Assembly (NCBI GenBank): GCA_045588165.1
Contig: JAZNDP010000100.1
Span: 1-53,127 of the forward strand
Origin: Eubacteriales bacterium
Lineage (GTDB): Bacteria; Bacillota; Clostridia; Oscillospirales; CAG-272
Length of the DNA: 53,127 bases
Direction of reading: 5' to 3'
The notes beneath the pieces are model-generated. The model ran no database searches and had not been told where the DNA came from. It saw only the letters and a list, made by a program, of their open reading frames with translations. Numbering within the stretch: position 1 is the stretch's first letter; every line of letters starts with the position of its first letter. Made by a program: the position numbers and the translations under genes. Shown here in pieces: positions 1-8,713 of the stretch.

Positions 1-1482
1 GTGGTCGCCGTCGGGGTGAGTCAGGATCCAGGCGCGAATCAGGATCTTTCCGTCAGCGCGCTTGTTGTTTTCTACCATGTAATCGTACAGATTCTCCGCG
101 TCGTAGGTCCAACCGCCGTCTACCACCACGTAGCTTCCGTCGCTCATGGTGAACAAGAAGCCCATGCCGTTGTTGCCTACACCCTGCATCTCGTATTCCA
201 TATCCATCAGCTGGAGGTTGGCATTGGCGACGTTCGTGCCGTCGGAATAAGCGGAGAGAGCGTATTTAGGCGCTTGGTTAGCGGAAGCCAATACGACAGA
301 TACCGACTTGGTATTGTGCGTGTAGTAGGTATGGAGCATTACGTCATCCTTGTAGTAGGTGTTGAACACGTTATTGTCCATGGTGTTGGAGTCGTAAAGC
401 TCGAAGCCCTCGGAAGCAAGCTTTGCCACGTAGGCGTCAAAGGATGCTCTGTCGGTCTTGGTGTAGCGCATACGGTAGAAGCCCTGCTCGATCTGCAGGA
501 AGGAATCGGATGCTCCGCCCGAAAACAGGGGAATCTCGGTGTTCCATTTGTCGTTGTCACCGCCGGTGCGCTCGATTTTGCAGATGCGAATGGTCTTCTT
601 GTCGGCAGTGGCGGTGCTCAGTAAAACGCCGTCACCCAGACGCTCGACGAACCTGTTGCCTGCCGTTTTCAGCGCGGATGCCTCAAAGGCACACAGATAA
701 ATCTGATCTCCCTTGCTCTCCATTGCCCAGGAGAACAGCCCAATGGTTTTTGCCAGTTCCTGACTGTGGGGGAAGTTGGTGTTACCCACCACGATCAGCT
801 TCTTGTTCAGATCCTTCTCGTTCTTATAAGAACCGGTGCTGAAATCCATCGTGCTACCGGAGAGATAGCTGTCGATAGAGGTTCGAATGCTGTTAATGCT
901 GGCAAAATTTTCGGTTCCCGCTTCGGAATCACTGTAAACCACCTTGTATTTTGCTTTGCCGTCCTTGACGAGCTCGTGGTATTCAAACTCTGCGGTGTAA
1001 TCGGTGGGAATCTGCATCTTGCCGTCCTGCATCTTGGACAGATAGTTTTCTTGCAGGAAGGACAGCGCCTTGACGATCAGCTCGTTGGTCGCACCCATGA
1101 CGGTGATCTTATTGCCGATGACACGAATGGAGTACGCGAACTTTTCGCCCAGATCGGTCAGCGCCTGAGTCGATTCGTCACGGTTGGTCTGACCGATCAG
1201 GATCTCCTTGGCATCGGCATTTGCCTCGATCTCATTGTCGCGCTTTGCGGCGAAATCAGAGCCAAGCGCTTTCTTTGCCGCCTCCGCAAAGGCTTTTGCC
1301 GTATCGCTGACGGCAGATCCGTTCTTGGTACTGCGGATCAGGGTGTATTCGGACAAATTGATTTCCGTGATGGGAATTTCGTCCGCGTTGGGAGTCTCTT
1401 CTTCCTTCTTGCAAGCAACCAACAACGTAAAGGTCATGGCGCAGATCAGCAAAAGGCAGAGAATCTTTTTTGCGGTCTTCAT
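1..1482 (-). CDS. Lipoprotein with C-terminal metallo-beta-lactamase-fold (ComEC/Rec2-like) domain; partial, C-terminus lies beyond the window start
   Basis: Absent from the supplied track because there is no stop in the window. The reverse complement from ATG 1482..1480 (AGGAGG upstream) reads MKTAKKILCLLLICAMTFTLLVAC-KKEEE, a signal peptide plus lipobox. The segments I hand-translated (1-180, 1201-1482) are open and protein-like, ending ...VVVDGGWTYDAENLYDYMVENNKRADGKILIRAWILTHPDGDH (MBL-type THxDxDH). Plus-strand ORFs 1..624 and 766..1596 look like antisense shadows. Confidence 0.7.
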   Translation of the reverse strand, partial: MKTAKKILCLLLICAMTFTLLVACKKEEETPNADEIPITEINLSEYTLIRSTKNGSAVSDTAKAFAEAAKKALGSDFAAKRDNEIEANADAKEILIGQTNRDESTQALTDLGEKFAYSIRVIGNKITVMGATNELIVKALSFLQENYLSKMQDGKMQIPTDYTAEFEYHELVKDGKAKYKVVYSDSEAGTENFASINSIRTSIDSYLSGSTMDFSTGSYKNEKDLNKKLIVVGNTNFPHSQELAKTIGLFSWAMESKGDQIYLCAFEASALKTAGNRFVERLGDGVLLSTATADKKTIRICKIERTGGDNDKWNTEIPLFSGGASDSFLQIEQGFYRMRYTKTDRASFDAYVAKLASEGFELYDSNTMDNNVFNTYYKDDVMLHTYYTHNTKSVSVVLASANQAPKYALSAYSDGTNVANANLQLMDMEYEMQGVGNNGMGFLFTMSDGSYVVVDGGWTYDAENLYDYMVENNKRADGKILIRAWILTHPDGDH

Positions 1483-1596
1483 AATGGATTTCCTCCTAAA
1501 GTAGAAATTGCATGTATGGCTATTATACCATATTTTTACGGCGAGGGCAAGAGCTTTTTTGTACTTTTTTGTACCTTTTTTATGAACAAAATGTGA

Positions 1597-1632
1597 TAAA
1601 AAGGGAAGCAACCAAAAAACATGGTTGCTTCC
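1597..1632 (-). terminator. Rho-independent terminator downstream of the CofE-like gene
   Basis: 11-bp stem GGAAGCAACCA (1604-1614) / TGGTTGCTTCC (1622-1632). The A-run 1597-1601 gives a U-tract on the minus strand. Confidence 0.55.
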
Positions 1633-1661
1633 TTCTTCTGATATTGATTACCCGCGTTTCA

Positions 1662-2855
1662 TTATTCGGTGGTGTAGTTATCAAAGTAACCCTGAATAAA
1701 GACGATAGGCGTACCCTTGTCACCCGAACCGGAGGTCAGGTCGCAGAGAGAGCCGATCAGATCGGTGAGACGGCGGGGCGTGGTGCCCTCGGATGCCATT
1801 TTGCCGAACAGATCCTCGTCCTTTTGGTGAATGCGGCTCTTGATGGCTTCCTTGAGCTCCTCACCCGAAAGATCGGAAAACTCGTTGTCAGCCAGATATT
1901 TCAGCTTCAGTTCGTTGGGCGTACCCTCCAGACCCTTGGTGTAGGCGGGGGAAACTACCGGATCGGCAAGCTCCCAGATTTTTCCTACGGGATCCTTGAA
2001 GGCTCCGTCGCCGTATACCATGACCTCAATGGTCTTGCCCGTTGCCTCAAACAGCTTCTTCTGGATACCCTCTACGATGGGCTGGCAGTCTCTGGGGAAG
2101 AGCTTGACGCGATCCTCGGTGGACTTGTTGGTGCCAAGCAGACCGTAATCGGCGTTATATCCGCTTCCGTTTACGGGCGCGTTGAGGATCTCATCCAGAC
2201 CCAGAACGATCTCGGCGCCTGCTTCCTTCAAAATTCGCTTGGTGCGGAATCTGGTGTGAATGTCACAGCACAGGACGTTCTTGGTATGATCCAGAATTGC
2301 CTTGGGATTGTTAGCAAAGATAATCTCGCACTCAGCGCCGCTCTCGCGGATGAGCTGCTCGTAATATTCCACGTAATCCATACCGGTGAAGGGATGCTTG
2401 ACGTATCCGAACAGCTTGCGGTAGGTGGGAACGTCCAGCACGTCACGGAAGGGATCCACGCCGCTCTCGTCGATGGCGTCAACGCTCACCAGATGGTTTC
2501 CAACCTCGTCGGAGGGATAGGAAAGCATCACAATGATCTTCTTGGCTCCCTTGGCGATACCGCGCAGACAGATGGAAAAACGGTTACGGCTGAGGATGGG
2601 GAAGATGACGCCCACGGTTTCACCGCCGAACTTGTTCCGAATATCGGTTGCGATGTCGTCCACGGTTGCATAGTTGCCCTGTGCCTTTGCAACAACGGTC
2701 TCGGTAACGGCTACGATGTCGCGGTCGTTGAACTCAAAGCCTCCGTCCTTGGACGCGGCGAGGACCGACTCGGTGACGATATCTACAATGTTGTCTCCGC
2801 TCTTGATGATGGGAGCTCTCACTCCGCGGGATACTGTTCCAATCATACGGCTCAT
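1662..2855 (-). CDS. CofE-like (F420-0:gamma-glutamyl ligase family) protein
   Basis: 397-aa ORF. The N-terminus (MSRMIGTVSRGVRAPIIKSGDNIVDIV), the SYPSDEVGN segment and the C-terminal LTSGSGDKGTP segment resemble the CofE-like ligase family as annotated in Clostridia. Assigned from memory. Confidence 0.6.
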   Translation of the reverse strand: MSRMIGTVSRGVRAPIIKSGDNIVDIVTESVLAASKDGGFEFNDRDIVAVTETVVAKAQGNYATVDDIATDIRNKFGGETVGVIFPILSRNRFSICLRGIAKGAKKIIVMLSYPSDEVGNHLVSVDAIDESGVDPFRDVLDVPTYRKLFGYVKHPFTGMDYVEYYEQLIRESGAECEIIFANNPKAILDHTKNVLCCDIHTRFRTKRILKEAGAEIVLGLDEILNAPVNGSGYNADYGLLGTNKSTEDRVKLFPRDCQPIVEGIQKKLFEATGKTIEVMVYGDGAFKDPVGKIWELADPVVSPAYTKGLEGTPNELKLKYLADNEFSDLSGEELKEAIKSRIHQKDEDLFGKMASEGTTPRRLTDLIGSLCDLTSGSGDKGTPIVFIQGYFDNYTTE

Positions 2856-3020
2856 ACGAAAAATTCTCCTTTAAAGAAGCAAAATATGGTTGCTGATTCT
2901 TGTTTTTTGAGAACCCATACAACACTATATTTTATCATTGTGTGGCTACATTGTCAATATGTTCACAATAATTTTTTGATATTTTTCAAAAAATTATTAT
3001 AAAAAAGGGCGGATATAGTA

Positions 3021-3051
3021 AAAAAGAAAAAAGACGGGTGTTGTTCCCGTC
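3021..3051 (-). terminator. Rho-independent terminator downstream of the MATE gene
   Basis: Stem GACGGG (3033-3038) / CCCGTC (3046-3051), preceded on the plus strand by a long A-run that gives a U-tract on the minus strand. Confidence 0.55.
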
Positions 3052-3063
3052 TTTATCTGCGGA

Positions 3064-4395
3064 TCAATATCCGTATTGTTTTCGTTTCCATGTCAGTAGC
3101 GTCATGGAAACCGCAAGTGCCAGTAGCTCTGCCGCAACGCCCGCAAGCCAGATTCCGTCAAGTCCGAGCCAGATCGGAAGGAGAAGAACAGAGACGATTT
3201 GAAACAGGAGCGTGCGTAGGAAGGAGATGGTAGCGGATACGCCTCCGTTGCCAAGAGCGGTAAAAAAGGAAGAAGCGTAGATGTTGATGCCCGTTGCGAA
3301 AAAGCTCAAAAAGTAAAGAAGAAAGGCACGAAGCGTCATGTCGTAAAGGGCGGGATCGTATCCGACGAAGAGCTTGGAGATGGGAAGTGCGAGAAGCTCG
3401 GAAAGCAAAACCATACCCACGCCGAATATACACATCAACAGAAGGCTTTTTCGGTAAAGGTTGCGGAGCTCGGTTCGGTTTTTGGCACCGAAATGATAGC
3501 TGACGATAGGGGCGCATCCGATGGAATAGCCGATAAAGATCGATACGAAAAAGAAGCTGATATACATTACCACCCCGTAGGCGGCAATGCCGTCCTCTCC
3601 CGCAAGGCGCAGAAGCTGAAAATTATAAATCATATTGACCAGTGACATGGAAAGGTTGGTCAAGAGCTCGGAGGAGCCGTTGGTACAGGCCTTGAGCAAC
3701 GCCTTACCCTGCAAAGGCGCGGAGCGAAGGCGCAAAAGGCTTTTGTTTTTTGGGTTGAGAAAATAGATCAAGGGGACGATGCCGCCCACCCCTTGGCTGA
3801 TAGCGGTTGCCGCCGCGGCGCCGATCAAGCCCCAGCCGCAAAGGACGATAAACACAAAGTCCAGCACCATGTTGGTTACACCGGCAATGACAGTAACACA
3901 AAGTCCGAGGGTAGGCTTTTCCGCGGTGATCAAAAAGCTTTGAAAGAGATTCTGGAGCATAAAGGCGGTCAGAGCCAGAAGAATGATCCTACCGTAGGAA
4001 ACGCAATACTCCAACAGCTCACCCTCCGCGCCGATCAAGGAGGAAATGGGGCGAAGAAGAAGGATTCCAACTACGGTCAGCAGAATCCCCCCCGCTACCG
4101 TGACCCATACCAGCATGGAAAAGATGCGGAGCGCACGGGGCTTGTCGCCCTCACCCAGCGCCTGCGCTACCAAGGCGCTGCCACCTGCGCCAAGCATAAA
4201 GCCAAGAGCCCCAAGAATCATCAGAAAGGGCATGATCAGGTTGATGGCGGCAAAGGGGGTCTTTCCCACGAAATTGGAGACGAACAGCCCGTCCACCACA
4301 CCGTAGATCGAGGTGAAGATCATCATGACGATGGAGGGGAAAACGAATCGCAATAAGCGCTTATACGTAAAATGATCGGACAGTCGAATTTGCAT
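3064..4395 (-). CDS. MATE family efflux transporter
   Basis: 443 aa and polytopic. The N-terminus (RLLRFVFPSIVMMIFTSIYGVVDGLFVSNFVGKTPFAAINLIMPF) is typical of MATE/NorM-type proteins, with about 12 hydrophobic segments. Confidence 0.9.
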   Translation of the reverse strand: MQIRLSDHFTYKRLLRFVFPSIVMMIFTSIYGVVDGLFVSNFVGKTPFAAINLIMPFLMILGALGFMLGAGGSALVAQALGEGDKPRALRIFSMLVWVTVAGGILLTVVGILLLRPISSLIGAEGELLEYCVSYGRIILLALTAFMLQNLFQSFLITAEKPTLGLCVTVIAGVTNMVLDFVFIVLCGWGLIGAAAATAISQGVGGIVPLIYFLNPKNKSLLRLRSAPLQGKALLKACTNGSSELLTNLSMSLVNMIYNFQLLRLAGEDGIAAYGVVMYISFFFVSIFIGYSIGCAPIVSYHFGAKNRTELRNLYRKSLLLMCIFGVGMVLLSELLALPISKLFVGYDPALYDMTLRAFLLYFLSFFATGINIYASSFFTALGNGGVSATISFLRTLLFQIVSVLLLPIWLGLDGIWLAGVAAELLALAVSMTLLTWKRKQYGY

Positions 4396-4476
4396 AAAAT
4401 CCCTCCTTCGTAAAAATTATAACGAGAAAAAGTATATCATACATTTCAAAAAATGTCAAGTGGGGAAGGGGGAATA

Positions 4477-4506
4477 TAAAAAGAATCCTCCCCGGAGGGA
4501 GGATTC
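4477..4506 (-). terminator. Rho-independent terminator downstream of glmS
   Basis: Stem GAATCCTCCC (4483-4492) / GGGAGGATTC (4497-4506). A-run 4478-4482 gives the U-tract on the minus strand. Confidence 0.6.
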
Positions 4507-4521
4507 GGATTCCAATCGGAA

Positions 4522-6354
4522 TTATTCTACCGTTACCGATTTGGCAAGATTTCTCGGCTTGTCAACGTCCAAGCCCTTCAGGGCGGAGACGTGGTATGCC
4601 AAAAGTTGCAGAGCCGTTACCGCCGAGAAGGGCGCCAATATCTCCTCGACAGGCGGGAGAATCAGCAGCTCGTCGCAGGGGAACTGATACTTTTTTGCCA
4701 ATTCGGGAGTAGTCAGGGCAACCAGATAAGCTCCGCGTGAGTGAACCTCCCGCATCCCGCTGATGGTCTTTTCGCAGACATGCTCCGCCGTGGCAAGGGC
4801 AATAACGGGAACTCCGTCGGTAACCAGAGAAATGGTTCCGTGCTTGAGCTCTCCCGCGGCGTATGCCTCGCTGTGAATGTAGGAGATCTCCTTGAGCTTC
4901 AGGGAAGCCTCGATACAGATCTGCCAGTCGATATCCCGACCAATGTAAAAGATGTGCTCGGCGGAGAGAAGCCGTTTGGCGACCCGAAGGATCGAATCGT
5001 TCAGATCCAGAGTCTGCTCAATAACACGCGGCAGATCCTCTCGCATCCGCCTTGCCACCGATGCTGCCTCTTGCTCGCTGATCAGTCCGCGGATCAGCGC
5101 CAGACGGAGGGCAAGCAGGTAGAGAAGGGAGCACTGTACGCTGTATGCCTTGGTACTGGCTACGGCAATCTCAGGACCCGCTCTGGTATAAAGTACGCCG
5201 TCCGCTTCTCTCGCGACCGAGGAGCCGATCACGTTTGCGATGGCAAGGGTATAGAGTCCCTGTGCCTTGGCGTGGCGCAGAGCGGCAAGGGTATCTGCCG
5301 TTTCTCCCGATTGGGAGAGAAGGATCACGGGATCCGTCGGACGCAGGATGGGATTTCTGTAACGGAACTCACTGGCAATCTCTACGTTGACGGGGATCCG
5401 CGCCAGCCGTTCTATGATCGCCTTTCCCACAAGTCCCGCGTGCATGGCGGTGCCGCAAGCCACGATGTGAATGGTGGATGCACCCGCCAGATGCGCGTCG
5501 TCCAGCGTATCTCCGCTAAAATCGGGCAGATCGTTTCGCAGACGCGGCGTGACGGTCTTTCGGATAGCGTCGGGCTCTTCGTAGATCTCCTTGAGCATAA
5601 AATGAGGGTATCCGCCCTTTTGCGCCTGCTCGATGTCCCAGTTGATCTCCTCGGGCAGAGGAAAGCATTCCTCTCCTTCCACATTCCAGAGGCGAATGGC
5701 GGTGGGGGTCAGCTCGGCGATAACCCCTTCTTCCAAACGGTAATATTCCTTGGTATATGGAAGAATCGCGGGAATGTCGGAGGCGAGCAGACAGCCACTC
5801 TCGGTTTTTGCCACGATCAGAGGACTGTCCTTGCGCACCGCCCAGACGGCATTGGGACGGTCCTTGAACATAATTCCAAAGGCGTACGAGCCTCGCATGA
5901 TTTTGCACGACCGTCGGATCGCATCCTGTGGGTCCCCTGATCCGCGGTAAAACAGATCAAGGAGCTTTGCCCCTCGCTCGGTGTCGGTGTCTGACTCGAA
6001 TTCGTATCCTGCCGCCCGTAGTGTTTCCTCGATCTCGGCGTAATTCTCAAGGATACCGTTATGTACTAGAGTCAGTGTGTCAGCTGAGTGGGGATGACAG
6101 TTGCGGTCAGAGGGCTCGCCGTGAGTTGCCCAACGGGTATGACCAATACCGCAGCTTGCCGTGAGGGCGTCAGAGGTGTTCAGCTTTTCCCGCAGACGGG
6201 CAAGACGCCCCGTTGCCTTGACGGTGACCAGATCCTCCCCTTCCCAAAGGGCAATTCCCGCTGAATCGTATCCGCGATATTCCAAAGCCTCCAGACCGGA
6301 CAGGAGAATGGGAACGCATTTTTCGTTCCCCGTATAACCAATAATTCCACACAT
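4522..6354 (-). CDS. glmS: Glutamine--fructose-6-phosphate aminotransferase (isomerizing)
   Basis: Canonical N-terminal nucleophile start MCGIIGYTG at ATG 6354..6352, with 610 aa from that start, followed by the SIS domains. The track ORF extends 52 codons further upstream into the ribozyme leader; I rejected that extension. Confidence 0.95.
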   Translation of the reverse strand: MCGIIGYTGNEKCVPILLSGLEALEYRGYDSAGIALWEGEDLVTVKATGRLARLREKLNTSDALTASCGIGHTRWATHGEPSDRNCHPHSADTLTLVHNGILENYAEIEETLRAAGYEFESDTDTERGAKLLDLFYRGSGDPQDAIRRSCKIMRGSYAFGIMFKDRPNAVWAVRKDSPLIVAKTESGCLLASDIPAILPYTKEYYRLEEGVIAELTPTAIRLWNVEGEECFPLPEEINWDIEQAQKGGYPHFMLKEIYEEPDAIRKTVTPRLRNDLPDFSGDTLDDAHLAGASTIHIVACGTAMHAGLVGKAIIERLARIPVNVEIASEFRYRNPILRPTDPVILLSQSGETADTLAALRHAKAQGLYTLAIANVIGSSVAREADGVLYTRAGPEIAVASTKAYSVQCSLLYLLALRLALIRGLISEQEAASVARRMREDLPRVIEQTLDLNDSILRVAKRLLSAEHIFYIGRDIDWQICIEASLKLKEISYIHSEAYAAGELKHGTISLVTDGVPVIALATAEHVCEKTISGMREVHSRGAYLVALTTPELAKKYQFPCDELLILPPVEEILAPFSAVTALQLLAYHVSALKGLDVDKPRNLAKSVTVE

Positions 6355-6359
6355 AGAAA

Positions 6360-6560
6360 AAATGTCGCATTGACCGTATAAGAATATACAATTTTCAATG
6401 AGGTTGATTTGACGGTGCTTTGTTTTGCGGTTACCCGCATATTTGAACGACGTCTGCGATAGGTGCTCTCTGCCGATGGAGTATCCGCCGAAGATCTCGA
6501 TACGCTCCATACCTCGTCAACCAAGAGCCTTCTTGGTCTGGTAAAGAAGGGGCAAGGCTT
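6360..6560 (-). ncRNA. glmS ribozyme (GlcN6P-responsive self-cleaving leader)
   Basis: The minus-strand leader reads ...AAGCCUUGCCCCUUCUUUACCAGACCAAGAAGGCUCUUGGUUGACGAGGUAUGGAGCGUAUCGAGAUCUUCGGCGGAUACUCCAUCGGC... It contains the conserved GACGAGG and UUCGGCGGAU core elements and lies immediately 5' of glmS. The ends are approximate. Confidence 0.75.
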
Positions 6561-6570
6561 TTTGTGGGGA

Positions 6571-7926
6571 TCACAGAGTGGCAAGCCTTGCGGTAATCAC
6601 GTCGGCTACCCGTTTGGCGATCGACTCGATCTGTGTTTGATCAAGTCCCTCTACCATGACGCGAATGAGGGGCTCGGTGCCCGAGGGGCGAACCACGATT
6701 CTTCCCGTCTTACCGAGTTCTTCCTTGGCTTTCTCCATGGCGGCGGCTACCTCCGTGTCATTAAAGAAGGCAAGCTTTCCCTCGGCGGAGATGCGCAGAT
6801 TGATCATAGTCTGGGGATAGCGGGTCATAACGCGTGCCAGCTCGGACAGGGGCTTTTCCGCCCGTTTGAGCAAAATCAAGAGCTGGGTGGCGGTGAGCTG
6901 ACCGTCTCCGGTGGTGGCGAAATCACGGAAAATAATATGTCCCGATTGCTCCCCACCAAAGGAATAGTCTTCGAGAAGCATTTCCTCCAATACATAGCGG
7001 TCGCCGACTTTGGTTGCCGCAAAATGCAGACCGTTTTCCTCGCAGAATTTGCCGAAGCCAAAGTTGGTCATAACGGTTCCCACTACCGCGCATCGATTCA
7101 GCTTTCCTCTGGCTTTCAGATCATTGGCGCAGATTGCCATGATCATGTCTCCGTCAATGAGCGCTCCCGTTTCATCTACGCACAGGCAGCGATCCGCGTC
7201 TCCGTCAAAGGCAACACCGCAATCTAAGGTGTGCTCTACAACGTAGGCGGCAAGGGCTTCCATGTGAGTGGAGCCACAGTTCTCGTTGATATTTACACCG
7301 TTCGGCTCGCTGTGTAAAACGTGAACCTCGGCGCCAAGCTCCCGAAAGAGGATAGGGGCGGTGATCGATGCGGCTCCGTTGGCGCAATCGATGGCAATTC
7401 GCAGTCCCGAAAGGTCATAATATGCTGTGCTCTTCACGTGATGGATATAGTCTCTTACAGCATCCTTGGCATCGGTTACCCGACCTACCTCGCCGTGAGT
7501 GGGGCGGGCGGTGGGAAGTAGGTCATCCAGTACCAACTCCTCTACGCGTTCCTCCAGCATATCGGGGAGCTTCAGTCCGTTTCCTCCGAAAATTTTGATG
7601 CCGTTGTACTCGGCGGGGTTGTGAGAGGCGGAGATCATCACGCCCGCGTCCGCCTTGTACTTGCCTACCAGATAGGCAACAGCGGGAGTGGGGATCACGC
7701 CCAGCCGGATCACGTCGGCTCCCACCGAGCAAAGTCCCGCAATCAGGGCGGCGGCGAGCATATCGGAGGAGGCGCGGGTATCCGAGCCAATGACAAAGGT
7801 TGGGCGATGGCGACACCCGTCAGCCAAGACGGTGGCGGCGGCTCTGCCGATCGCCATGGCGCGCTCACAGGTTAGCTCGGTGTTGGCAATGCCGCGGACA
7901 CCGTCTGTTCCAAACAGTCTTCCCAT
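6571..7926 (-). CDS. glmM: Phosphoglucosamine mutase
   Basis: 451 aa. N-terminus MGRLFGTDGVRG, phosphoserine loop SASHNPAEYNGIK, and GDGDADR metal loop. Confidence 0.95.
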   Translation of the reverse strand: MGRLFGTDGVRGIANTELTCERAMAIGRAAATVLADGCRHRPTFVIGSDTRASSDMLAAALIAGLCSVGADVIRLGVIPTPAVAYLVGKYKADAGVMISASHNPAEYNGIKIFGGNGLKLPDMLEERVEELVLDDLLPTARPTHGEVGRVTDAKDAVRDYIHHVKSTAYYDLSGLRIAIDCANGAASITAPILFRELGAEVHVLHSEPNGVNINENCGSTHMEALAAYVVEHTLDCGVAFDGDADRCLCVDETGALIDGDMIMAICANDLKARGKLNRCAVVGTVMTNFGFGKFCEENGLHFAATKVGDRYVLEEMLLEDYSFGGEQSGHIIFRDFATTGDGQLTATQLLILLKRAEKPLSELARVMTRYPQTMINLRISAEGKLAFFNDTEVAAAMEKAKEELGKTGRIVVRPSGTEPLIRVMVEGLDQTQIESIAKRVADVITARLATL

Positions 7927-7944
7927 GGTTGTTTGTTTCCTTTC

Positions 7945-8616
7945 TTAGTCTGTTTTTTTGGGTACGATGCGGTTAGCATCCTTGTAGATGCTGTTTCCCG
8001 GCAAAAAGCCGCGCACCGAGGAGAGGGGGTAGACGGTGGTGTTTTTGCCAATGACAGTGCCGGGATTGAGCACGCATCCGCAGCCAATCTCTACGCCGTC
8101 GCCAATCATGGCGCCGCATTTTCGCAAGCCGGTTTCCACTCTGCCGTCAGGGGTACGAATGGTTACGGATGTTTTGTCGCTTTTGATATTGGATGTGACG
8201 GCACCTGCTCCCGCGTGAGCGCGATAGCCTACAATCGAGTCGCCTATGTAGTTGAAATGGGGCACCTGAGCGCCGTCAAAAAGAATGACGTTTTTTAGCT
8301 CACAGGAATTGCCCACCACACAACCGTCGCCAACCAATACGGAGCCGCGAATATAGGCGCCCACGCGGATCTGTGAGGCGTGCCCGATGATACAGGGACC
8401 TGTAATCGAGGCGCTTTCGGCGACGGTGGCGTCCTTGGCGATCCAGACGTCTTCTCCGATTCTGTTGTATTCCTCGGACGGCAGACTTTCTCCAAGGGCT
8501 CGCAGAAACTCGCCAATCCTCGGTAGGGCTTCCCAGGGATACGTACAGCCGCCAAGGAGCTCACTTGCCAGCGTATGCGACAGATCGAACAAACGTTCGG
8601 TTTGAAATTCGGTCAT
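7945..8616 (-). CDS. Left-handed beta-helix (hexapeptide-repeat) acyltransferase, GlmU C-terminal-domain-like
   Basis: Start chosen at MTEFQTERL (ATG 8616, AGGAGG upstream). Contains repeated [LIV]G-x4 hexapeptides (IIGHASQIRVGAYIRGSVLVGDGCVVGNSCELKN...). Lies directly upstream of glmM/glmS on the same strand. Confidence 0.75.
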   Translation of the reverse strand: MTEFQTERLFDLSHTLASELLGGCTYPWEALPRIGEFLRALGESLPSEEYNRIGEDVWIAKDATVAESASITGPCIIGHASQIRVGAYIRGSVLVGDGCVVGNSCELKNVILFDGAQVPHFNYIGDSIVGYRAHAGAGAVTSNIKSDKTSVTIRTPDGRVETGLRKCGAMIGDGVEIGCGCVLNPGTVIGKNTTVYPLSSVRGFLPGNSIYKDANRIVPKKTD

Positions 8617-8713
8617 AGTTACTTCCTCCTTTCTTTTGAAATATATGTAAAATTCCATAAGGATTTTTCAAAAACAAAAATGAGGAACGGGCGGGGACAC
8701 CCCCCGTTTTTCA

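Noticed and set aside
6355-6510. N-terminal 52-codon extension of the glmS ORF.
   Set aside because: GlmS must start with Met-Cys (Cys is the catalytic N-terminal nucleophile). The extension coincides with the glmS ribozyme core.
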